Source: Cyanophora paradoxa CCMP329
Taxonomy: Eukaryota > Plantae > Glaucophyta
Assembly: GCA_004431415.1 (NCBI GenBank)
Contig: QPMI01000034.1
Coordinates: forward strand, 1-64,000
Direction: 5' to 3'
Length of the DNA: 64,000 nucleotides
Positions 26,501 to 35,808 of the stretch are shown here, piece by piece. Position numbers and translations under genes: made by a program. Within the stretch, counting starts at the first letter, position 1. Each line of letters begins with the position of its first letter. Under the pieces are notes generated by a model. The model saw only the letters and a program-made list of their open reading frames with translations, searched no databases and was not told the origin of the DNA.

Positions 26501-27756
26501 CGGAGCAGGCGGCCGCCGCCGCCGGCCACCGCCTGACCCCCTCGGGGCTCTACCGGGCGCCCGCGGACGGGCCGTACGAGGGGGTGCTGGAGCACGTGCG
26601 GGGGGTGCCGGCGCGGGACGAGCCCGAGGTCTTCGGGCTGCACCCCAACGCCGAGCTCGCCTACGGCCTCGCCGACTCCGCCTCCCTCCTCTCCTCCCTC
26701 CTCGCCCTCCAGCCCCGCGACGCACCCGCCCCGGGCGGCCACGCCGCCGCCGCGCACGCCCCCGCCCCGGTCCTCTCCCCGGCGCCCTCGCGGCGGGGCC
26801 CGGGCCCGGCCCCCGGCCCGCCGGCCGGTTCGAAGGAGGGCGCGGTGCTGGCGGTCGCCGCGGAGATCGTCGGGCGCCTCGCCGGCAGCCTCGAGGGGGA
26901 CGCCGCCGCCACGGGGCGCCCGGCCGCGTACGAGGACCCGATGAGCGTGGTGCTCGCGCAGGAGCTGCAGCGCTACGGGCGCCTCCTCGCCGCCGTGCGG
27001 GCCTCCCTCGCCGACCTCCGCGCCGCCCTCTCGGGGCTGGCGCCGATGTCGCCCGAGCTGGAGGCCCTCGCCCAGGCCCTCTTCGACGGGGCGGTCCCCG
27101 CCGCCTGGGCCGCCCGCTCCTACCCGACCCTCAAGCCCCTCGCCTCCTGGCTCGCCGACCTCTGCGCCCGCCTCGCCTACCTCCAGCGCTGGGCCGACGA
27201 GGGGCCCCCCGCCAACGCCTGCTTCTGGCTCCCCGCCTTCTTCTTCCCCCAGGCCTTCCTCACCGCCGTCCTCCAGGGGTACGCGCGCCGCCACCGCGTC
27301 CCCATCGACATCCTCTCCTTCCGCTTCGCCGTCACCCGCCACTCGGGGGCGCCCGGCGACGAGCCGGCGGCCGCCCCGCCCGACGGCTGCTACGTGCGCG
27401 GCCTCTTCCTCGAGGGCGCCCGCTGGGACCCCGCCGCCGGCTGCCTCGCCGAGCAGCGGGCCCGCGAGCTCCGCGCCCCCTTCCCCGTCCTCCAGCTCCT
27501 GCCCTTCCAGACCCGCACCTACGGCCCCGCGGGGACGGCGGGGCGGGCGAGCTTCAAAGACACCGGCCCGGGGGCGCTGAAGCCCGGCCTGGAGTGGTAC
27601 GCCTGCCCCTGCTACAAGACGGCGGGGCGGGCCGGCACGCTCTCCACCACGGGCCACTCCACCAACTACGTCCTCACCGTCCACCTCCCCTCCGACCGCC
27701 CCGAGGCCTTCTGGGTCCGCCGCTCCGCCGCCCTCCTCTGCTCCCTACCCGAGTAG
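11595..27756 (+). CDS. DNAH1: Axonemal inner-arm dynein heavy chain, DNAH1/DHC2-like (>=20 introns; start uncertain, 11595-12156)
   Basis: P-loops GPAGTGKT (~17960), GPTLAGKS (~18880), GETGTGKS (~20095), GVGGSGRQS (~21255). [33 protein letters not shown], stalk coiled coils, C-terminal [19 protein letters not shown]-terminal [14 protein letters not shown] and [14 protein letters not shown] resemble the DNAH1 tail. Confidence 0.93.
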
Positions 27757-28026
27757 CCGCCGCGCCGGCTCTTCCCGTCGTTGTAGTCGCGTAGCTGCCT
27801 GTATTCTCTGTTAATCCACATCGATATCGCCCGTCGGCGTCCACGATCGCGCTGCGGGCGCCAGCGCTAGCTGCAGTTCGCCAGTTTTTCGCCGAAGCGA
27901 TCAAATCTGGGGGGGGGGAAGAGAGTTGCCGGGGCTACGTACATTGCGTCGGAACTTGATCGAAGGAGCTTGGTTTTCGTAGATCCAGAGCCTGCCTTGC
28001 TGTAGTTCGCTTCTCGCAGCCGCAGC

Positions 28027-29275
28027 ATGTCCGGAGAAGCAGCGACGCGGCAGTTTCCAGACACAGGGCCGGGGCACCTCGCTCGCCTGCAGCGGCCGGG
28101 GTGCAGGTACTTCAATCTCAACCCTTACGAAGGTGCCCTTGCTCTTTCTTGCCCCTCGTATCCGCTGCCGTCTCACCACATTCGTCGGAAAGTTCTCGAC
28201 CTTCCCTACGATGCCGACAACGACACCATCAAGAAGACATACCGACGCATCTCGCTGATGGTGCATCCAGACAAGAACCCGGACGTCCCGGCGGCGAAGG
28301 ACGTCTTCGACGCAGTGAGCAAGGCCTACAAGTCCCTCGTTGTGGTTCGCACATCTGCCGCTTCGCTTCAGAACGCTCTTCTCCTCTATTCTTTCCACGG
28401 CATGCCGGGGCCGAGGCCCCGGTACGCGGTCGCGCGTCCCTGAAACCGGCCGCTCTCCCCATCCAGATGAGCCAGCACGCCGGCCCCACGCCGTGCTCAA
28501 CGCTCAGCCGTAGCGGTGGGACATTTCGCAGTAGCTTAAGTCTAGCGCCGTAGTCAGACTGCTTTCCCGCCTCGCCTGCCTTCCCCGCTATAACAGTTCC
28601 CTCCCGCAGGACGAAGAGGCGCGCGGTGTCGTGGACAGAATCGTTGCCGAGTCGAAGAAGCGAGTTGAGGACGAGTACAAGAAGCAGAAGAAAGAGAAGG
28701 ACAAGGACGGGAAGACCCTGATGGATCAGATGGGGCTCGTCAAGGAGGAGGACTACACGCAGACAGAGGAGTACAGGAACAAGATGCGGGTCAGTCCCTC
28801 GTTCTCACTGCACATGCGCGCCACCCTCATCGTCTGCGAAGGTCCTCACATGCAAGCTGTTCATGGAAGTCGAGGTGGAGAAGGAGAAGCTGCAGCAGCG
28901 CGAGTTCAACGAGCGGGCGCGCGAAGCGGAGAAGGACAAGGAGGAGAAGACGAAGCGGAAGAAGGAGGAGGACCACGACAAGGAGTGGGAGGAGAGCCGC
29001 GAGGGCCGCGTCGGCACCTGGCGCGACTTCACGGACGGCTCCCACAAAAGGCCCAAGGTCCGCCCCCGCCGCTGCCGCCGCCTCCACGGGAGGCTTCGCT
29101 CACGCAGCGCGCAGGGCATGGTCAAGCTGCCGACCAAGAAGCTCGAGACGAAGGCAGACGTCAAGAGTGCCGCACAAGCAGCCTCGGCGTCCGTTCCGGT
29201 GCGCGGCGTTGCGCGAATCGCGGATACTGCAATTGAATCTGACCGTTTCCGCAGCTCATGCGCCGCATGGCGTAG
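28027..29275 (+). CDS. DNAJC8: DnaJ homolog subfamily C member 8 (Spf31)
   Basis: RLQRPGCRYFNLNPYE|VL..YRRISLMVHPDKNP J-domain. C-terminal KEWEESREGRVGTWRDF. Spliced stop at 29275. Confidence 0.92.
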
Positions 29276-29546
29276 GCATCGACTTTCGACGCGCTCCCTC
29301 CTCGCCCCGACTTCAACCCTCTCCTCTCCCCTGCCCGTCTCTCACCTGCACGCCGCCCTCTTTAATTCCCCTCCCGCGCTCCAGCCTCGCTCCCTGCCCC
29401 CCGGCGCCCCATTGTCTGCTCCCCCCCCCCCCCCCCCCCTCTGCTCAGCTTCCCCACCCGCCTCTGCGCTACGACTGACCTCCGCCCCCACCTGTGCCCT
29501 GTGAATAGAACCAACCCTGCTTTCAAACGAAGGCGCGCGGCGCTCG

Positions 29547-31079
29547 CTATCTGTACCCGATGCGGCCGCCGCCGCCTCGGGGGGACCTGCTGCTGGCGAG
29601 CGGGCTCCCGCCGCCGAGGGAGGAGCGGCCGGCGCCGAACGACGACCCCTTGGACGCCTCGGCGCCCCTGCACCGACGCGCGCGTCAGCCGGGGCGCGGC
29701 GGGGGCGGGGGGCGGGGGGCGCGCTTGCGGGGCGAGCTGCGCTGCTGGTTGAACTCGGCGGAGTGGAAGGGGTCGCGGTGGCGCCGCGGGCTCTGGTCCC
29801 CTTGTAGCGCGGGCTCCGCGCCCGCCCGTACTTCCCCAGGTCCACCCTGCCCCCGCCCCTCAGCCGCGCCCCGGCCCCCGCCGGCCTGCCGCGCCCCGCG
29901 CGCACTTCGCGGGCTCGAGGGCGCGCTTCTTGAGCCTGGGGCGGGGCTCAGGCGGGGGCGGGGCGGGGGAGGGGGCGGGGGCGGGGGCGGGGCGCCTGCA
30001 GAACTCGGTGAAGGAGAGCTGCCGGTCCTTGTCGATGTCCTGCGCGTTGAAGAGCTCGCTCGCCTCCGGGTTCTCGTACACCTTCTTCCCGAACCGCTGC
30101 CCCGCCCCGTCGGCCCCCGCCCGGGCGCGAGGCGGGCGGGCGTGGGGGCGGGGGGGCACCATGAACTCGGCCTGGAAGTACTCGTCCACGGAGACGAAGC
30201 CCGACCCGTCGCTGTCGTTCATCTGCGCGCCCCAGCCCCGCCCCGTCGGCCCCCCCCGCCCCGCCTCGCGCCGGCGCCCGGCCGGCCCCGCCCCGAGCCG
30301 CACACCATGAACTCTGCCGAGGGCGTCAGTACGGCGCGGGGCGGGGCGGGGCGGGGGCGGGGGGACCGGCGAGGATGTAGAGGTCCTTGGGCTCGAGGCC
30401 GCTCTTGTCCTTCCGGCTCCGGTAGAACATCCGCCTGCGCGCCGCCCCGGCCGCCACGTTCGGGCGCCGCAGGGGCGCCGGGGCGGGGCCCTGGGGCGGC
30501 GCACTGGAACTCGTCCCAGCTGAGCATCGCGTCGCAGTCCTCGTCCACCTGCCACAGCATGTCCTGCACCTCCGACTGCCGCGCGCCCCGCCCCGCCGTC
30601 AGCGCCGGGGCCCCGCCTGTGACAGGGACGGGGCGGCGCGGCGCACCCGCTTGACGGCGTGCTTCAGCTTCACAAACTGCGCGTGCAGCTCCGGCACGCT
30701 GATCTTTCCATCCTGGTCCTTGTCAATCGTCTCAAATACACGCCTGAGGTTCTCCAGCTCCTGTGGCCGGCGTCAGCGAAACAGAGAAGGGCCGAGCGGA
30801 TGCGCAGGCGGCGACCCCAGGCGGAGATTCCCACTTTATGATGCTCTGTTTAGTGACGCCGCTGGCTTTAGGGCTTGGGCCAGGGCCCAGGGCCGGCCTT
30901 AGCTGGCAGGGTCGTTCGGGGTGACCCGCCGGTCGATTAGAGAGCACGCTTCTGCCCCATGCTGCTCACCTGCCTACTTGCATACTCCTTGAACTCAACG
31001 CTGCCAGGGTGCGTGCGCCGCCTTAGCTGGACTGGGCATCACTTGGGCGGGTGTCGCACCTCACGAGCTTGGCGTCCAT
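29547..31079 (-). CDS. EF-hand protein, outer dynein arm docking complex subunit DC3 (ODA14)-like, with C-terminal extension
   Basis: Spliced ELENLRRVFETIDKDQDGKIS..EVQDMLWQVDEDCDAMLSWDEFQ..MFYRSRKDKSGLEPKDLY..EFMMNDSDGSGFVSVDE..QLSFTEF matches the Chlamydomonas DC3 pattern as recalled. 3' end approximate (probable indel). Confidence 0.8.
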
Positions 31080-31535
31080 AGGCCCGCCGGGGCGGGATCA
31101 AGCTAGCTACAGCTTTCTCTCCTTGCACAAGTTGTCAGCCTGTTTCAGCGGTCGTGTTAACCCTAGCCTCTTGTTTGTTTGCCACTCTACCCCCAGCAAA
31201 GTTGCCGATAACCGTGCCTTCTGCCTCGGCCTGCTTTTCGAGCATCTGCGTGCCTTTTCCCAGGCTTTGAACATCATCCATTGCTGAACGGAGCTAGCTT
31301 TCGCCCAACGGACCTTACAAGCTCCTGCACTGCCGCGCAGTGCGGCAGTTACTCTAGATCTTCACCCCTTCGCATCGACCTGGTCCGCCGGCTTCCATTT
31401 CGCTAAACAACTTGCAATTTGATTGCTATCCTGACGATCAGCAGGCCGGCGCCGGTCGAGGACAGTAATTCCCCGTTGCCTTGCCCCTGCTGACGGCCCG
31501 AGGCTTGCAAACGAACCCGTCTCTCGCGCATCAAG

Positions 31536-32882
31536 ATGGCGTCGCCGGCTAACTCGTCCGACGGAGGGGACGCCGTGCTGCTGGAGCCGACGCTGAGCGC
31601 CCTGAAGCGGAGGGCCTCCACGGGGAGCCCCCTGGACCAGCTCAAGTTCGGCGGCAAGCGCTCCTCCGTCGTGGAGACCGTCGTCGGCCTCGACGAGCGT
31701 GCGCGGGACGCCCCCCTCGCCCGCACCCAAGCGGCCACCGCTGACGGCGGCGGCTCCGGACAGACGCGGACCAGTACGCGATGCTGGCGCGCTCGTTCCT
31801 GGCCAAGCTCGAGGAGCAGTCCGTGCAGCTCGCGCGCTCCCGCGAGGACGCCTCCTGCCGCCTCGAGGTCCGCGGCGGCCCCGCCGGGGCGGCGCGGTGA
31901 CGCGCGCGCCGAGGGCGGGGCGGGGCGGGGCGCAGGCGTCGCAGGACAGCGCGCTGCTGGCGGCGTGCGAGGCGTCGGTGGCGGCGGCCGCCGAGGAGGA
32001 GAAGGCCGCCGCCGTCGCGCGCGCGAACCGGGAGGCGCTGCGGCTGCGGCACGCGATCGCGAAGGGGCGGAAGGAGTGGGAGAAGCAGCGGGGGCGGCTG
32101 GAGCGGGAGGAGCGGACGCTGGCGGCGGCGGAGGAGCAGCGGCAGAAGGCGGAGGCGGGGTACCTGGCGGCGCAGCGCAAGTGGGCGCTGCAGACGAGCG
32201 AGAAGCAGAGCCTCGAGGAGGAGCTCGCCGCCATCCAGAAGGCCGTCGCCGACGCCCAGCTCCGCCGCCGCGTCATCGCCCAGGAGGTGCCCCGCCCCGC
32301 CCCGCCCCGCCCCGCCCCGCCCCGCCCGGGACGCTGGGCCCGACGGGGGGGGCGGCGCGCAGACGGAGGAGGCGCAGCGGCAGCTGCGGGAGTGCAACAC
32401 GCGGTACTACCAGGAGTCCCAGCGGATGGCGCTCGAGGCGAAGAAGGCGACGGAGCTGCGGCAGGCGATCGTCAAGGCCCGCAAGGAGCGCGAGCGCATG
32501 GACGCCCTCGCCCGCCTCGAGCAGGAGGCGGCCAACGGGCTCGTGCGGGAGCGCGTGGAGACGGCGGCGCGCCTCGAGCGCGAGATGGCCGCCCACGTCG
32601 AGGCCATGGAGCGCCTCACCGTCCTCGCCGCCGCCGACGCCCCGCCCCGCCCCCCCGCCTCCGCCTCCCCGCCCGCCACGCCGACCAAGCCGCTCGCCCC
32701 CGCCACCCCGGAGCGCGCCAGGCTGGCCCCTCGGTGGGGCGGCGGCGGGGCCGTCGAGCGCGGGGTCGACGCCGGAGCGGCGGGGCTCGGCGGCGCGCCT
32801 GCTGGCCTCGTGGGGCCTGCGCCCCATGGAGGCCGGCCCCGACGCCTACCCCGCACCCTGCGCCCCCTGGCCCGCCTCCTGA
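31536..32882 (+). CDS. Hypothetical coiled-coil protein
   Basis: MASPANSSDGG start. E/R/A-rich heptads (RKEWEKQRGRLEREERTL; MALEAKKATELRQAIVKARKERE). Host-type introns. Confidence 0.6.
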   Translation: MASPANSSDGGDAVLLEPTLSALKRRASTGSPLDQLKFGGKRSSVVETVVGLDERARDAPLARTQAATADGGGSGQTRTSTRCWRARSWPSSRSSPCSSRAPARTPPAASRSAAAPPGRRGDARAEGGAGRGAGVAGQRAAGGVRGVGGGGRRGGEGRRRRAREPGGAAAAARDREGAEGVGEAAGAAGAGGADAGGGGGAAAEGGGGVPGGAAQVGAADEREAEPRGGARRHPEGRRRRPAPPPRHRPGGAPPRPAPPRPAPPGTLGPTGGAARRRRRRSGSCGSATRGTTRSPSGWRSRRRRRRSCGRRSSRPARSASAWTPSPASSRRRPTGSCGSAWRRRRASSARWPPTSRPWSASPSSPPPTPRPAPPPPPPRPPRRPSRSPPPPRSAPGWPLGGAAAGPSSAGSTPERRGSAARLLASWGLRPMEAGPDAYPAPCAPWPAS

Positions 32883-32999
32883 GCCAGCCCCGCCCCGCCC
32901 CCTCGCCGCCTTCAGATCTCCCACATTTACAGGGGGGCCCCCGCCCCGGGCGCTGCCCCTTACGCGCTGTAGCTCTTGATCTTGAAATCGAAGCCCTCA

Positions 33000-33820
33000 G
33001 CTGTACTACGGTAGTCGCCAGCTGTCAGGTCGATTTCTTTTCTTTGAATGCGTGTTTTCGTATCCGTATGCACAGACTTCGCCCAGAAACACCGTAGTTC
33101 TAGAAATTACGAAGTTAGAAGAGCTCCCGGAGTCCGCTGCAGACATCGCTAGCGCTGGTTTTCTTTTTCTTTGAACCTGTTTTTCGGTTCGTATCGGTAT
33201 ACGTATACGTACTACGGTATGTCCGGGACCAAATATCATAGTATGCTCATGAACTTCATGATCAAGGCTTCGAAATTCAGAACTCTCATGGCATATGCAT
33301 GCATTGTTGCCTTAGTAGTTAGGCCGGGCCATTGGCCAATGATTCATGCTCTGAGAGTCAAGACTCGGACTCGGGATATTGATGTACATGTAGGCACTGA
33401 TCATGATCCGATGATCATCGGATCACAAGCTTTCAGGTCTCAGAGTCTCGCGAGATCATCGCGTCCGACGGTCGAATCGAGCTTCAAGGCTTCAAGGGCT
33501 CCGGGCTTGCCAGGCCCGGCGGCCCCGGCGGGCCGGGTTCCCCTTTGAATCTGTTAAACTTCAAGGCTTGTTAACGTTAAACGAATCTGTCACAGTGTTC
33601 ATCGGATCCGATATCGATGATCTTCGGATCATGAACTTCGGAAGCCATGATCAGTGTTTCAAGTTTATCGGATATCACAGTATCGATAATGTACAATGTG
33701 ACATTACGCAGCCTGGCAGCCTAGACTAGTACTGGTAGCAGCCTGTGCATGCTGGCAGGCTCGAGCCAGAGCGTACTAAGTTACGGTACCGACCGTACGG
33801 TCGCGTAATTATATCGCGTG
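33000..33820. repeat. AT-richer, palindrome/micro-duplication-rich intergenic tract
   Basis: Dense GATC/TCATGA/GTAC/TCGA palindromes and stutters (gactcggactcgg, cttcaaggcttcaagg, gtatacgtatacgtac). Confidence 0.6.
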
Positions 33821-34696
33821 CTTGAGGAGGGGCGGCGGCAGGCCCGGGAGCAGAGGAGGAGCCCGCCGCCTCGGAAGGCTCGCAGTGCTCGCCGCCGCTG
33901 CCGGCCGCGAGAAGGCCGCGGCGCAGCTCGCCGGCCGCTGCCCGCCGCCGTCACCCCGAGCCGGCGCACTCCCCGCGACCCCCGCGCACACCGCCGCGTC
34001 GCGCTGCAGGCCAGCGCTGCGCCCAGGCGGCTTCAGCGGCGGGCCGTGGTCCGAGCGCGCGGCCTCGGGAGCCGCACGTGGAGTGGGCGTAGGCGCCAAC
34101 GTACTCGGCGAGGACGAGGCGGTAGGCCCGGTTGTGCCACCCCACGAGGAATGCCCCCGCACACAGCCCCGTCTGCAGGCGCGTCAGAAGCGGCCGGGGG
34201 CGGGCGGGGGCGGAAGGGGCGGGGCGGGGCGCTACCCGGAGGAGCAGGCAAAGACGTCTTGAGCAGCGTCTTGGCGTCTTGAGAGGACCACCCGCGACGC
34301 CATCGCGCACGCCGCCAGCGAGAGCAGCTGCAGCTGCCCCAGCCGCTCGTCCGAGCTCGTCGCGTTCAGGCCCTGCAGATCCACAAAGCCCCTCACCATT
34401 CGATACGCGCAGCTCCGTTGGTAGACCTGCCGCTCCGTTGGTACGCGCAGGCGGAGCCTGCAAGCGCGTGGCACCATCATCACGGCTGTGCGTCCACGCG
34501 CGCGGTTTGCAGCAGCGTCGCCCGTAGCCGCATTCACTCCAGAGCGCTCCCACTTCAAGACGCCCTCATTCAACTCCGGCGCGCTTTCGCGAGTGCGTAG
34601 AAGAGGCACGGCGACTGGCAGCGGGTTCTCCATCGAGCTCTGCGATAGCAGGCCAGCCGTAGGCGCCGACGAGCACAATGAAGGTGGATGTCGCAA
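33800..34696 (-). CDS. Possible hypothetical protein (boundaries uncertain)
   Basis: Protein-like segments RQVYQRSCAYRMVRGFVDLQGL and GLCAGAFLVGWHNRAYRLVLAEYVGAYAHST separated by host-type introns (CTGAC..CAG). Confidence 0.35.
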
Positions 34697-34892
34697 GTGC
34701 CCACAGGCGACGTCGGACTCTCATCTCGTCGACCTGCACAGGAAGGGGGAGCTAACCCGGCTGGGGTAGAGAGTACACGAGGGCCGGGGTAAGCGAAACA
34801 GAGTGGGAACCGCGTCCTCGATCCGATTCCTCGCATTCCGTTTAGAGCCGACGTCGAAAGCAACCGTGTTCAGAGAGCCCGCGCCGACAGCC

Positions 34893-35589
34893 ATGACTAC
34901 AATGCAGCCGCCGCGCGCCGAGCTACCAGGCACCGAGCAGCTGCACAGCGCACAGGCCGCCCAGCGCTCGGGACGGACTGGAGTGTTTTGCGGCGGCATG
35001 GGGGACGCGCCGCGGGTGCCCGCTTTCATTCGAACAGCGCCGCCGCGCCAACTGCACCGACCGCCGCCCAGAGCGCAGGACGGGTGGCGTGGAGCTGGAC
35101 CAAGTGGGGAGGCCAGAAAGTGTTCAACGGTGCGGACCGAGCGCGCTGGCACGCCGCTCGGCGGCTCGCGCCGACGCCGAGCGCTCACAGGCATGTGGTA
35201 CTTGGGCGAGACGTTCGCGAGCATTCTGGGCCTGTACAACTCGAAGTACCAGGACGTGCTCGACGAGTACCTTCGGATCAAGCAGAAGGTGCCGGCCCGC
35301 CGCGCCGTCGACGACGACCGCCGGGCCGCCCGCACCAACGGTGCCCGGCGCCCACCGCGCGCAGGAGATGGAGGAGGCGAACAGGAAGCTGGCGGAGGAG
35401 CAGGCGAAGCTCGCGCAGAAGGACCGCGAGGCGTCCGAGATGGAGGGCGGCGACGCGCCGCGGACCCGCTCCGCCTCGGCCGGCGGCGTCGGCGTCGAGA
35501 TGCGGGAGGGGCCCGGCGCCCCGAGCGCCTCCCCCATCCAGCTCCAGCTCCGCAGCGCGGCGGACGGCGGCGCCGGCGTCGCTGTGTAG
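34893..35589 (+). CDS. FAM177-like small protein
   Basis: Spliced WSWTKWGGQKVFNG|MWYLGETFASILGLYNSKYQDVLDEYLRIKQK|EMEE resembles the FAM177 core (LGE..A..LG....KYQ..IDEY). First-exon frame unresolved. Confidence 0.65.
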
Positions 35590-35808
35590 CGCGCAGCAGC
35601 TCCTCCCGCCCTTCCCGCCCTCGGGCCTCCCGCCTCCCCGACCCCCGTCCCCACTCGCCGCCGCCCAGCCCCCTCGAGCCCCAAACCAACTCGTTCCACC
35701 CGCCTCTCTCGACCCCACCTCTGGCTCCGCGCCCCCTTGCACCGCCAGACCTCGCCCCGCCCCTCGAACCAGAACCAGCACCCGTGCTTTCAAATGTACA
35801 GGCTAGTA

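Noticed and set aside
18904-27756. Single 2950-aa ORF as the dynein protein
   Set aside because: It reads through stop-free GC-rich introns and is in the true frame only for parts (~20040-22773, ~24268-24660, 26434-27756).
30862-30895. TTTAGGG..GGG..GGG..GGG in a DC3 intron as telomeric repeat or telomerase template
   Set aside because: Single degenerate unit; G-runs are ubiquitous in this window.
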